Positions 19,417 through 29,143 of a stretch of 64,000 bases of DNA are shown piece by piece; the stretch's first letter is position 1, and each line of letters begins with the position of its first letter. This DNA comes from Candidatus Latescibacterota bacterium (GTDB lineage Bacteria; Latescibacterota; UBA2968; UBA8231). The notes beneath the pieces are model-generated. The model was not told the DNA's origin. It did not search any database and saw only the letters and a list, made by a program, of their open reading frames with translations. Made by a program: the position numbers and the translations under genes. The stretch covers positions 1,792,001 through 1,856,000 of the forward strand of contig CBDETK010000013.1 of NCBI GenBank assembly GCA_965242865.1, written 5' to 3'.

Positions 19417-21428
19417 TGCTGCGAGGCCGCCCAAGGCCGGTCCGCACGCACGAGATCGGCCAGTTCGCGCAGGTGGGCGCCGAGGGGAAACTCCGGCTTA
19501 AAATAAGGCATGGAGATCAAGACTTGGTCGAGATCGCGCTCCAGTTGGGCCGGCTCCAACACGCCGCGTTGCAGAAATTCGATCAGCACCCGCACGACCT
19601 GCTCGCGGAATTGCCAGTTCGGATGTAAGTAGAAGCGGCGCAACCGGGCTAGCAGGTCGGGATTGCGGCTTATGTTGCCGAGGGCACTCAGGGCTTGGAC
19701 GACCACTTCCGGGGCGCGGTCGTCGAGCGCTGTACAGAGCGCGCTTTCGAGCGGGTCATCTGCGGCAAAAAGCTCCCCGAGCGCCCGCGCCGACCACGCC
19801 CGCACCTCAAAGTAGGGATCGGCCGCGAGCGCGTTTAGCAGCGCGGCCCGGGTGTGCCCGTCGGCCGCCCCCAAGCCGCGCAGGCCGTATTCGACGACGT
19901 TGCGGCGTATAATGCCCCCGTGGCAAAAGTCGCCGCCGCACAACCGGCGCAACCGGCTGGCCGGGGTGCGGTCGGTGAGGATGTGCAGCAGGAGGGGCAG
20001 CCGCTCTTGGTAGTCTAAGAGCGCAATGAGCTTAATGCCCACATTGCGCCGCCCCAGCGGGATTTCGCACCACCCCTCGGACGCGAGCAGGCGATCGGCC
20101 TGATAGCGCAGGTACGCCAGCTCGCTGCGATTCATCGCCTCCACTCCCCCGACCTCTTCGACCCGCTCCTGTACCCAGCGCAGCAAGGCGTTGGGCGCGG
20201 TCGGCAAGCCGCTTTTTTGCGCCGAGGGCAACTGCAAGCGCAGCCGCGGCGGCTCCTGCCCGGCGACGAGGCGGTCCAGCTCGGTTGTGATGAGGTCGAT
20301 GCTGTTGGCCTTGGGCATGGTCTGGGCGGCCGCGCTCATGGCTTGCAAGCGGTCCTCATCGGCGCACAACGCGAGCACCTGCTGGGCCAATTTCTCCCCG
20401 TCCAATCGACTATAGACGCAGGCGTCGTCCCAAACCGCCTCTTGATAGAGCACCTGCGCCGCCCCGATGCGCTCCATCTCCCGCGCATTCAGGGCTTGGT
20501 GGTCTTCGGCTGCGGTCGGCAGCGGCACAATCAGGGCGGGCGTCCCGCTGACCGCCATCTCCGTCAGGGTCCCCGCGCCCGAGCGGCAAATGACCAGATC
20601 GGCCGCGGCAACCAGATCGGCCATTTGATCCGCGTAATCGAGGCGTCGATACCCGTCGCAGTCGCCGGCCAACCCCAGCGCAGCCACGGCGGCCTCGGTT
20701 TCGGCTACGGCGTCGTAATCCGGCCCCTTGTAGCGGCCGGTGACGTGGATGACCTCCAGCCCGGCCGCACGCCAGCGGGACAAGGCGTTGAGCACGGCTT
20801 CGTTGATGGCCTTGGCTCCGCCCGACCCGCCAAAGGCGAGAACGACCTTGCGGCTTGGGTCAATGCCCAATTTTTCCCGCGCGGCCGCCCGGTCGAGGTG
20901 AAAAAAAGAGCGGCGCACCGGATAGCCGACCACCGCCACCCGGTCTGCGTCGAACCAGCGACTCGCCTGCTCAAACGCCACGCCGATTCGCTGCGCCAAC
21001 CGCCCGGTGAGTTGGTTTAAGAGCCCGGGATGGGCATTCGGCTCGTAGAGGAAGACGCGGGCGCGAGAAAGGCCGAGCTTGGCCAGCGCACCGTGCGCGA
21101 AGAGGATGGGTGCGCTGACAAAGCCGCCCGTGCTGACGATGATTTGCGGCCGGTAGCGCAAGAGGATGAACGCCCCTTGTACGACCCCGACCGCGAGCGC
21201 ACTGGCAAATCGCAACAGGGCCACCAAGGACCGCGAGCGCGGGAAGGGACGAGAGCGAACAAAGCGGATGGGGTAGCCCTGCTCGGGCACGACCCAAGCA
21301 TCGAGCTTGTCTCGATGCCCCACGTAGAGGAATTGGGCGGCGGCCCGCGTCCGCCGAATTTCGTTGGCAATCGCCAATGCCGGATACAGATGACCGCCCG
21401 TACCACCGCCCGTAAACAAGTACTTCAT
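19413..21428 (-). CDS. murG: MurG-type glycosyltransferase fused to a C-terminal HEAT-repeat region
   Basis: GGGTGGHLYPAL, GYPVR, GGSGGA, RSGAGT..E, HQ..NA; then ~280 extra aa with DPYFEVRAWSARALG and DRAPEVVVQALSALG HEAT-like repeats. Confidence 0.85.
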   Translation of the reverse strand: MKYLFTGGGTGGHLYPALAIANEIRRTRAAAQFLYVGHRDKLDAWVVPEQGYPIRFVRSRPFPRSRSLVALLRFASALAVGVVQGAFILLRYRPQIIVSTGGFVSAPILFAHGALAKLGLSRARVFLYEPNAHPGLLNQLTGRLAQRIGVAFEQASRWFDADRVAVVGYPVRRSFFHLDRAAAREKLGIDPSRKVVLAFGGSGGAKAINEAVLNALSRWRAAGLEVIHVTGRYKGPDYDAVAETEAAVAALGLAGDCDGYRRLDYADQMADLVAAADLVICRSGAGTLTEMAVSGTPALIVPLPTAAEDHQALNAREMERIGAAQVLYQEAVWDDACVYSRLDGEKLAQQVLALCADEDRLQAMSAAAQTMPKANSIDLITTELDRLVAGQEPPRLRLQLPSAQKSGLPTAPNALLRWVQERVEEVGGVEAMNRSELAYLRYQADRLLASEGWCEIPLGRRNVGIKLIALLDYQERLPLLLHILTDRTPASRLRRLCGGDFCHGGIIRRNVVEYGLRGLGAADGHTRAALLNALAADPYFEVRAWSARALGELFAADDPLESALCTALDDRAPEVVVQALSALGNISRNPDLLARLRRFYLHPNWQFREQVVRVLIEFLQRGVLEPAQLERDLDQVLISMPYFKPEFPLGAHLRELADLVRADRPWAASQQ

Positions 21429-21559
21429 TTATAGATCGTTTCGATGATTAGACGCGCTCCTCCGGCGTTACCGCAGCAGGAGCAATGGTTCATAAATGGT
21501 AGTAATCTAATATAGTTACTGTTAGTACAGGTGTCTATCACAAAGTGGGTTGGCGGCCC

Positions 21560-21746
21560 CTACTGGTAGGATTCAGTGCGGTCGCCGCCGTTGACGTTGA
21601 CGTGCTGTCCGGTCACGTAGCTGGCGGCTGGCGAGGCCAAAAAGACCACGGTCGCGGCCACCTCTTCCGGCCCGCCGGCCCGGCGCATGGGAATGCTGTT
21701 GAGAAACTGCGCCCGCTCTTTTGGCGTCCGCCGCGCCCCATGCCCG
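21560..21746 (-). repeat. Duplicated 3' end of the SDR gene (direct repeat of 26087-26286); gene fragment
   Basis: Identical to 26087-26286 except one substitution and a 13-bp deletion between cgccg microhomologies. Confidence 0.95.
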
Positions 21747-21853
21747 AGGGGCCTATTCAATTTTCTCTGAAATTCTCTTTTTTTACCACCCTTGACATAA
21801 CCTCTTGCTGGAATTAGGGTACATTTATAGTAATTCTTGCTGCATGATATACT

Positions 21854-23416
21854 ATGTACGTAGATAAAGAAACCCTTACTCGCGCTCTTCAGGCACTCAA
21901 TGGTACTGCGGACCATATGCTGAAGATATGGCTGACTCTCAAGCATATGGGCTTGGCTACTGGTGCCCCCCCTGTCGAAATAGACACTGGAAATTCCACC
22001 CCCTCACTCCAGCGTTTGTTCGCATACGGTGCTTCTGACGGCAGTTTTTTTGTCCCGTTTGCCCATAGTGGGCGTTGGGCAAAGATGCAACATGATGCAG
22101 CTCGTTCTATTATTCAGACTACCGTGCGTAGGTGGGAAGTCAGCCAGTCTGTTGTACAATGTGATCCGAGTGGATATCTTGACTTTCGTAGCACTCCCGA
22201 CTCGAAGGTTCTAGTTTCTTGTGGTCGAACTTACCCTCTTGGTCTTGGCTTTGGTCCAAATGGGTTTGCACGTAGCGACAATTCTCGGGTGAGTCTTCCG
22301 ATTAAATCTTTCGCTGTTTGGTATGGCAGAACTACCTGCATACCCGATAATGTAGATAGGCTTCAGGCCTCTAAATTTCTCATCGATCAGATGCTAAGTG
22401 AGTTGAATATCTCACCGGTTGAGAAAGAAGTTATCTTTATTTTTGACCATTTTGATATAGGCCTCTCTGATAAGGTCGTCAGCGATGATGAACTCGTCAG
22501 GATCTGTGGCCCTTTTGTGAAGCTATATACACGTCCCGATCCCAAGGCCTCTGTGTTCCAAGAGGACTTTCCTAGATATACTCGAAGGGTTAGATCAATG
22601 ATTCCGCACTTGAATAGTCCCGAGTGGTTGCGCTCCAGTCCCGAAGGTGATTTTCGGGCGTTGTTGGACTCTGGAGCGAAAGCTATTCTCCTCTATGGCC
22701 CGCCTCGCACCGGCAAGACGCGCCTCATCGATGAAACTATCCCGCGTTCTAATTCAGATCGCAGCACAATTCAGATTCATGATGGCTGGGTTTATGACCA
22801 CTTAGTTGAGGGATTCCAACCAGATAAAGATGGTAATTGGGGGTGGTGTGCTGGCCCTCTCAAGAGAGCCATCGACGCTCAGAAGAAGTTTATTGTGCTA
22901 GAGGAGATTAACCGAACGGCCATAACACAGGCTCTGGGAGAAGTATTTTCACTGCTCGAGGATGCGTATCGCGGCGAGGACAACGCGATTACATTGCGCA
23001 GTGGAGACAATTTCTTCATCCCCCCTGATGTCGTTTTTATTTTGACAATGAATACTATTGACAAATCGACCGAGGATGTCGATGACGCTCTGGTGGGGCG
23101 GATGGCCTCTGTTGAATTTCCTCCTCAGCCTCCGGCTCTCTTAGCCATGTTGGCAGATAATAATGTTCCTGATGCCCTGCATCGTCCTCTAAGCCAGCTC
23201 TATGCGGATATTTTGGAGACCTACCCGCTTGGCTATGGTTACTTTGCTGGCCTTAACCATAGTGCTGATGCAACCGCTGTTATCAGGTATTACAAGGCAA
23301 GGATACGGCCGGTTATAGGGAACTACTTGGGTGTCCTGAAGAAGCAAGAACTTGAAAAGATCGATAACGTAGTTGACGAGTTGTTTGGCGGACGTGATGA
23401 TTCATCAGGCGATTGA
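21854..23416 (+). CDS. McrB-family AAA+ GTPase with unrecognised N-terminal domain
   Basis: YGPPRTGKT, LEEINR, GEVFSLLE, TMNTID (McrB NxxD signature), D.AL..R. Confidence 0.88.
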   Translation: MYVDKETLTRALQALNGTADHMLKIWLTLKHMGLATGAPPVEIDTGNSTPSLQRLFAYGASDGSFFVPFAHSGRWAKMQHDAARSIIQTTVRRWEVSQSVVQCDPSGYLDFRSTPDSKVLVSCGRTYPLGLGFGPNGFARSDNSRVSLPIKSFAVWYGRTTCIPDNVDRLQASKFLIDQMLSELNISPVEKEVIFIFDHFDIGLSDKVVSDDELVRICGPFVKLYTRPDPKASVFQEDFPRYTRRVRSMIPHLNSPEWLRSSPEGDFRALLDSGAKAILLYGPPRTGKTRLIDETIPRSNSDRSTIQIHDGWVYDHLVEGFQPDKDGNWGWCAGPLKRAIDAQKKFIVLEEINRTAITQALGEVFSLLEDAYRGEDNAITLRSGDNFFIPPDVVFILTMNTIDKSTEDVDDALVGRMASVEFPPQPPALLAMLADNNVPDALHRPLSQLYADILETYPLGYGYFAGLNHSADATAVIRYYKARIRPVIGNYLGVLKKQELEKIDNVVDELFGGRDDSSGD

Positions 23417-24596
23417 AGGACAGGTAACTTGGTTACCCGGTGTTTCTCAGGTTGATATTCCGCATCCTTGGCCTTCTTCCATAACTATCCGACTCCGTTC
23501 TAGAGGTGTAGGCGTCGAGCCTCGAAGTGTCGTTGGTGCTGTTCCACTGTTGAATGGAGATACGATTCAGATACTTCCAAAAATCGGCCGTGTAAACTTT
23601 TTTCATCTGTTCATTATAGCCGGTGGGCTTCAGCGCGAGCTCAGACGGGAGTTCCAAGAGTTTGTCTCATACTTGCTGGATGATGAGTCCAATATTGACT
23701 CTCTGGTTGTGAGACAACTCCATCTCGCCATTATGGACATTCTGAGACTCAGCCCACAGATAGGACGGGTAAACCGTCGTCATAAGGGATCTTTTGCCCT
23801 AGGACGACTAGATGCTAAAGCTACGGCGTTTAATATCGCAATTCGTCGTCAGGAACCCATCGTGTTCTGCCACCGGGAGCGTACCTATGACATTCCTGAG
23901 AACCGTGTTTTGACAGAAGCTATAATTCGGGCGTTCCCGCTACTATCCGAGCAAGATCGGGATTACCTTGCGCCAATTTATAATCGATGGCTATCTCGAT
24001 TCCCGCGTTCTGGTAATCTCATGGTCGACCTAGAGTGGATTGGCTGTCGATTTGGCCTCATGCAGTATGGGGGTGCCAGAGACTACTACCGTAAAGCCTT
24101 GATGCTAGCGCAGGTTGTACTGGGTAATTCCGGTATCGGTCTCGAAGGATCATCCATCATAGAAGGGGACTCGGTTCTCCTCAACACCGCCAACATTTAT
24201 GAAAGGTATCTGCTAAATGTAATTGCTCGTGCCCATTCGGAGTCAGGCTATGTCGTCTCCAAGGGCAATGCGTGGATCATTAGTCTTTACACTGATGGTA
24301 GCCGTGAGATAATTCCAGACATAGTCGTTTCTCACAGCGGATCCGTCAGGCTCATTGCCGATGCCAAGTATAAGGAGCCGGATTCATCCGATCACTACCA
24401 AATGTATACGTATCTGCACGTTATGGGCGTCAAGGCAGGATTATTACTGGCCCCTTTATTTGACGGAGATGAGGTTGTCTCCCGCAAGTTTACCTCAACT
24501 GATGGTAAGACTGTCTGGGAGATTTACCTACCGATGTCAAATTTGCCGGCTACAGAAGACTTCTTGGCCTGCCTAGTTCGGGAATTTGGCACCTGA
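23397..24596 (+). CDS. McrC-family PD-(D/E)XK nuclease subunit
   Basis: IQILPKI, DIPENRVL, IIPDIVV...ADAKYK...DHYQMYTY; overlaps the mcrB-like stop. Confidence 0.88.
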   Translation: MIHQAIEGQVTWLPGVSQVDIPHPWPSSITIRLRSRGVGVEPRSVVGAVPLLNGDTIQILPKIGRVNFFHLFIIAGGLQRELRREFQEFVSYLLDDESNIDSLVVRQLHLAIMDILRLSPQIGRVNRRHKGSFALGRLDAKATAFNIAIRRQEPIVFCHRERTYDIPENRVLTEAIIRAFPLLSEQDRDYLAPIYNRWLSRFPRSGNLMVDLEWIGCRFGLMQYGGARDYYRKALMLAQVVLGNSGIGLEGSSIIEGDSVLLNTANIYERYLLNVIARAHSESGYVVSKGNAWIISLYTDGSREIIPDIVVSHSGSVRLIADAKYKEPDSSDHYQMYTYLHVMGVKAGLLLAPLFDGDEVVSRKFTSTDGKTVWEIYLPMSNLPATEDFLACLVREFGT

Positions 24597-25854
24597 AGCC
24601 CAGATCGTTTACAGCCTGTGCCTCAGTGACTTTTCTATTAGCGGTATCAAGGTACTCTTGGCATACATCGAATCCTAGAAATCGGCGTCCTAGCTCCCGT
24701 GCAGCTAAAGCAGAATTGCCGACCCCAACGAATGGGTCTAATACTAGGTCGCCCACTCTAGATGATAGGGCGATGCACCGTGCTGGTAGGGAGATCGGGA
24801 ACTGGGCACCGTGCCCATCGCCCCCGTTTGCCGTCGGTAGGGTCCATACGTCAGACAGTTTGTCCGTCTCCCATCCGTTGTTTCTACCTCCCCACTTGGC
24901 TGGTAACTCCCGATAAGTCTGTTTCTGAAATAGAGGTTTCCGTACTTTACTCAGGTGCAACACATACTCAAGGTTACGGCTTACACGCGATTCTTGAGGC
25001 TCGGGCAGGGTCCCGGTTTTGGCCCAAGTTATAACGCTCTTCACATAGTAGCCGATACGTGAGGCGCGTTCTGCGATCAGCCCCGGTATCATACACTGCT
25101 CACCATCCTTAAGATAAGAATGGCCAGCGCTGTATCGTCGGCAATCTTGCTCTTTCCAAGTCCTGTGATCCCGGCCCTGCATAGCGTGTAGTGCCTCTAC
25201 AGCACTGTTCCGAATCTGGGTTCGCGTGTTGAATGAATCCATGACGTTCCACCATATAGAACCCTCCGGAGTCAGCACATCGTAGAGTGCTGTCAAAACC
25301 TCAATCGTATGTCTCGCGAAGCTCTCGGGCGTTTGCTCGTGACCGTAAGCAGCCCTCTCACCGTCTGCCCAATCAACCACGCACGACTCGTTGTAAATAC
25401 GCATACCCCAGTAAGGAGTTGAAGTGACTACGCATTGGACGCTGTTGCTAGGGATAGCCTGCAACAGGTCGAGAACGTGGCCCTTTAGTAAAGCATATTC
25501 TTGGACTGGTGGCATCGCGTTCTTTACTGTTTCCGGCGTTGTTACCCTCTCTAGTAGATAATCAATCACCCTACTGCGCGGGACAATCGTTTCCTTATAA
25601 GAATCTTGGTCTAGTAATGACAAGACATCCTGTGCCGTAAGCTGTTCTTTGCGCCCGACGACCTTCTTGATGAAGGTATGGGACATTCCTACCGCAACGG
25701 AGACCGTTTCGATAGGAAATTCCTGCTGCAAGTCACAGTAGTCCTCTCGTCGTAGGGCTGCGATCTTAGTCTTGGGCTTGATGTCTGAGAGTTTAGTCTC
25801 TTCGTCATTGTCGAACTCTTTTATCGTGGCCATGCTAATACCGTTGCTCGTCAT
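24550..25854 (-). CDS. Beta-class amino (N4-C/N6-A) DNA methyltransferase with ~120-aa N-terminal extension
   Basis: Motif IV VVTSTPYWG precedes motif I LDPFVGVG; H.AQFP..L; GGAGG RBS before ATG at 25854. Confidence 0.88.
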   Translation of the reverse strand: MTSNGISMATIKEFDNDEETKLSDIKPKTKIAALRREDYCDLQQEFPIETVSVAVGMSHTFIKKVVGRKEQLTAQDVLSLLDQDSYKETIVPRSRVIDYLLERVTTPETVKNAMPPVQEYALLKGHVLDLLQAIPSNSVQCVVTSTPYWGMRIYNESCVVDWADGERAAYGHEQTPESFARHTIEVLTALYDVLTPEGSIWWNVMDSFNTRTQIRNSAVEALHAMQGRDHRTWKEQDCRRYSAGHSYLKDGEQCMIPGLIAERASRIGYYVKSVITWAKTGTLPEPQESRVSRNLEYVLHLSKVRKPLFQKQTYRELPAKWGGRNNGWETDKLSDVWTLPTANGGDGHGAQFPISLPARCIALSSRVGDLVLDPFVGVGNSALAARELGRRFLGFDVCQEYLDTANRKVTEAQAVNDLGFRCQIPELGRPRSLL

Positions 25855-25917
25855 GGATGATTTCCTCCAGTGATCTAGATGGGGGTACACTATATATAAC
25901 AGTATAACATAAAACTT

Positions 25918-25931
25918 GAGGTGTACACCTC
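25918..25931. promoter_or_regulatory. Perfect 14-bp palindrome upstream of the MTase (candidate operator)
   Basis: gaggtgtacacctc lies just upstream of a minus-strand TGTTATACT extended -10-like element. Confidence 0.45.
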
Positions 25932-26086
25932 CAAATTGCTAGGCTTTTCGTGAGAAATGGGTTTTTGTGCAGAAACGGCTAACGAGAGCTCAACACAGAG
26001 CATCAGGACGCCGAGGGCGATCCTCTCCGGGACTTCAGAGGGACCTATATTTTTAATATATCAGCTACTAATCAGGATGTCTAACT

Positions 26087-26845
26087 CTACTGGTAGGATT
26101 CAGTGCGGTCGCCGCCGTTGACGTTGACGTGCTGTCCGGTCACGTAGCTGGCGGCTGGCGAGGCCAAAAAGACCACGGTCGCGGCCACCTCTTCCGGCCC
26201 GCCGGCCCGGCGCATGGGAATGCTGTCGAGAAACTGCGCCCGCTCTTTTGGCGTCCGCCGTGCCAGCGCGCCGCGCCCCATGCCCGCGTCAATGATCCCG
26301 GGCGAGACCGCGTTGACGCGGATGCCGTGCTCGGCTTCCTCTTTTGACAGCACCTTCGTCAAGGCCACGACGCCCGCCTTGGTGGTCGCATACGCTGCGG
26401 CCCCGCCGGGCAGGGTATTGACCACATTCGAGGCGATATTGACGACCGCGCCGCCCCGCACCCGCAGCAGCGGCAGGGCGGCCTTACACATGTAGAAGAC
26501 GCTGTTGAGGTTGACATCGAGCACCCGGTGCCAGTCCGCCAGCGCCATATCGGCCACGGATTGCCCGCCGATGGTGATTCCGGCGTTGTTGACCAAAATG
26601 TCCAACCCGCCCAAGTCGTTGGCCACGCGCTCAACCAGCGATTGCGCGGCCTCGGCCTCGGTTATATCGGCTGCAAAGGCCACCCCGCCCAGCTCGGCGG
26701 CGAGGGCGTGCGCGGCCTCCTGCTGAGTGCGGTAGTGCAATGCGACCGCCGCGCCTTCGGCGGCCAACGCACGGCATATCGCTTGGCCGATGCCGCCCGC
26801 CGCGCCGGTTACTAAGGCGATGCGCCCGTGGAGGGATGTGCCCAT
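26087..26845 (-). CDS. SDR family oxidoreductase
   Basis: TGAAGGIG, VNNAG, YATTK, VNAVSPG, VNGG. Confidence 0.92.
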   Translation of the reverse strand: MGTSLHGRIALVTGAAGGIGQAICRALAAEGAAVALHYRTQQEAAHALAAELGGVAFAADITEAEAAQSLVERVANDLGGLDILVNNAGITIGGQSVADMALADWHRVLDVNLNSVFYMCKAALPLLRVRGGAVVNIASNVVNTLPGGAAAYATTKAGVVALTKVLSKEEAEHGIRVNAVSPGIIDAGMGRGALARRTPKERAQFLDSIPMRRAGGPEEVAATVVFLASPAASYVTGQHVNVNGGDRTESYQ

Positions 26846-27279
26846 GAGGTTCGCTCTCCTTTCGAGAAATCGCCGAGGCGGGCGGTGCTGCCCCGGTAGC
26901 TCGCACGGTCGCAGTTGGTGAGGGTGACCAGCCGGTGGTGGCGTCGCAGGTAAGCGAGCGATTCGGCCGCGTCCGCAAAGGCTGGCCAGTCCCCGACCGA
27001 CTGGCCGAAGCGGATGCTCTCGGCTTCGTCAGGTTCGCGGCCCCAGTTCCGGGCCAGTGTGCGGTGGGTGCCCGCCAAGAGGTCGGCGTAGAGCAGGTCC
27101 GGGGTGGCGGCTTGGCAGGCCGATTCTGCTTGGGCGAATGCGGCGAGTGCGGCCTCGCGGGTCGGCGGAGCAGCCAGCCGCGCACAGAGCGGTTGCAGCG
27201 CGTCCCAGATTCCCGTCTCCCAATCAATTAGGGTTCCGTAGGTGTCGAAGGTCAGGATTGGAAAGTCGCAGAGGCGCAT
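26812..27279 (-). pseudogene. Truncated HAD-superfamily haloacid dehalogenase type II
   Basis: Motif I TFDTYGTLIDWETG and motif II LTN are present. Homology ends at ...STARLG, the frame runs into the SDR RBS, and motifs III/IV are absent. Confidence 0.75.
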
Positions 27280-27406
27280 GGGCGTTTTTTCGAGGGTGGA
27301 GATGGGAGGGGGCTTGGGGTCAACTCAAAGCACACCACGGGCAGGAGCCATAGGGCCATAAGGCAAGGCATTTAGCGATCACAGGCGTTCTCCCGGACAA
27401 CCCCCA

Positions 27407-28597
27407 TCAACTCCGCCGCGTCTGCACCCAGTCGAGGATGCGGTCGGCGACCGCTGATTTGCTCAGTAGGGGCAGCGCTTCCTCGCGGCCGGTCGCGTCG
27501 ATCAGGGTGACGCGATTGGTGTCGCCGGCGAAACCAGCCCCCTCGTCGTTGAGCATGTTGAGCGCGATTAAGTCGCCTCCCTTGCGGGCCAGTTTCTCCC
27601 GCGCCCGCTCCAGCCCCTGCTCGGTCTCCATCGCAAAGACGACCAGCAGCCGCTGGCCCTTGCGCCGACCCAACCCGGCGGCAATGTCCGGGTTTTCGAC
27701 CAACTCAATGGAGCGGGACGCAGTGCCGCGCTTGATTTTTTGCGCGGCCACCTCCTTGGCGCGGTAGTCGGCCGGGGCCGCGGCCAAAATCGCCCCATCG
27801 ACCTGCTCAAATAAGGCTTCGACTGCGCGCTGCATGTCGAGCGTTGAGCGCACCAACTGCCGCTCCACGCCCGCTGGCACCGGCAGGGCGGTCGGCCCGG
27901 ACACCAGCCACACCCGCGCCCCGCGGGCCGCGGCGCGTACGGCTATGGCATGGCCCATCTTGCCGGACGAGCGATTGGAAATAAAGCGCACCGGATCGAG
28001 ATCCTCGACTGTGGGGCCGGCCGTTATTAGCAGCTTCAGCCCTGCCAAGTCGCCGCTGAAATGCGCGGCCACGGCCGCGACCAATTCCGCGGGATCGGGC
28101 AGCCGCCCGCGGCCCACGGCCCCCGATGCCAACGGCCCCACCTCCGGCTCGATCAGGTGAAATCCCCGCTGCGCCAAGGTCTGCACATTGGCCGCGACCG
28201 CCGCATTGGCGAACATGGTTTCCTCCATCGACGGGGCCAGCAAAACCGGCCCGGCCGCGCACAACAACACCGAGGACAGCAAGTCGTCGGCCAAGCCGCC
28301 AGCCACGCGCCCCAAGCAGTGCGCCGTGGCCGGAGCGACCAAAATCAAGTCGGCCCACTCGGCCAACCCCACGTGTAGAACGGGAAACTCCGAGTCGCGG
28401 CCGAACAAGTCGCTATGCACCCGGTGCCGCGAAAGCACCTCCAAGGTCTTGGGAGCGACAAACTCGCCAGCCGCGCGGGTCAGCACGACCCGCACCTCGG
28501 CCCCCCCAGCGGTCAGCAGCCGCACGATCTCCGGCGTCTTGTACGCGGCAATGCCACCCGTGACCCCGAGCAGGATGTTGCGGCCCGACAAGCTCAT
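27407..28597 (-). CDS. coaBC: Phosphopantothenoylcysteine decarboxylase/ligase
   Basis: GVTGGIAAYK, APATA, G.ADDLL, TAGPTVE.LDPVRFISNRSSGKMG, FAMET. Confidence 0.96.
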   Translation of the reverse strand: MSLSGRNILLGVTGGIAAYKTPEIVRLLTAGGAEVRVVLTRAAGEFVAPKTLEVLSRHRVHSDLFGRDSEFPVLHVGLAEWADLILVAPATAHCLGRVAGGLADDLLSSVLLCAAGPVLLAPSMEETMFANAAVAANVQTLAQRGFHLIEPEVGPLASGAVGRGRLPDPAELVAAVAAHFSGDLAGLKLLITAGPTVEDLDPVRFISNRSSGKMGHAIAVRAAARGARVWLVSGPTALPVPAGVERQLVRSTLDMQRAVEALFEQVDGAILAAAPADYRAKEVAAQKIKRGTASRSIELVENPDIAAGLGRRKGQRLLVVFAMETEQGLERAREKLARKGGDLIALNMLNDEGAGFAGDTNRVTLIDATGREEALPLLSKSAVADRILDWVQTRRS

Positions 28598-29142
28598 GGC
28601 TGTTCGAGACGCGCCAAGATGTGTGCGCAGGCGGCTGGGGGATCGCAGCACTCGGTATCGACGACCAAGTCGTACACTGATAGGTCGCTGATGGCGATTT
28701 GGTGATGCGCAGCAAAGCGCTGGGCCTCGGACGCCTCGCGCTGGCGCGTTTCTGCGAGGGCTTGCGCCCGCGGCTTGCCCTCGCGCTGCCCCACGCGCTC
28801 GGCCCGCACGGCGCCCGCGGCTTGCAGCCAGACCTTGAGGGCCGGCAGCTGGTGCCGCTGGGCCATCCAGCCCGTGAGCCTTCCTTCGACGACGACCGGG
28901 GCGCGCTCCCGCGCTTGCGCGACCAAGCGCTCGTCGAGCTGGCGGTCAATGCAGCCGTTGGCTTCGGCCCGCCGACCCAGCTCGGCCAAGCTCAAGCCCG
29001 CCTCTTGGGCCAGCCCCCGAAAGACCGCTCCGGCGTTGAGGTACGCCCAGCCCAGCCGCGCACTTAGCTGGTCGCCCACCGTAGTGGTGCCGCTGCCCGC
29101 CAAGCCGCTGATGGTAATGATTTGCACGGATGCCACAAGCAC
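28594..29142 (-). CDS. cmk: Cytidylate kinase, archaeal-like short type
   Basis: ITISGLAGSGTTT, G.VFR.LA, ID..LD, VVEGRL, YDLVVDT. Exact start uncertain. Confidence 0.8.
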   Translation of the reverse strand: MLVASVQIITISGLAGSGTTTVGDQLSARLGWAYLNAGAVFRGLAQEAGLSLAELGRRAEANGCIDRQLDERLVAQARERAPVVVEGRLTGWMAQRHQLPALKVWLQAAGAVRAERVGQREGKPRAQALAETRQREASEAQRFAAHHQIAISDLSVYDLVVDTECCDPPAACAHILARLEQP

Positions 29143-29143
29143 C

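Noticed and set aside
17926-19506. Long antisense ORFs (526 aa here; similarly 34051-35643 and 60492-61988)
   Set aside because: Shadow frames of recognisable high-GC genes on the opposite strand, with no motifs.
21560-21946. 128-aa minus-strand ORF as a real SDR gene
   Set aside because: It is a chimera of antisense mcrB/promoter sequence and the duplicated SDR tail.
21790-25931. GTAC sites near both island promoters as the MTase target
   Set aside because: GTAC is also frequent within the island genes; specificity cannot be inferred without methylome data.
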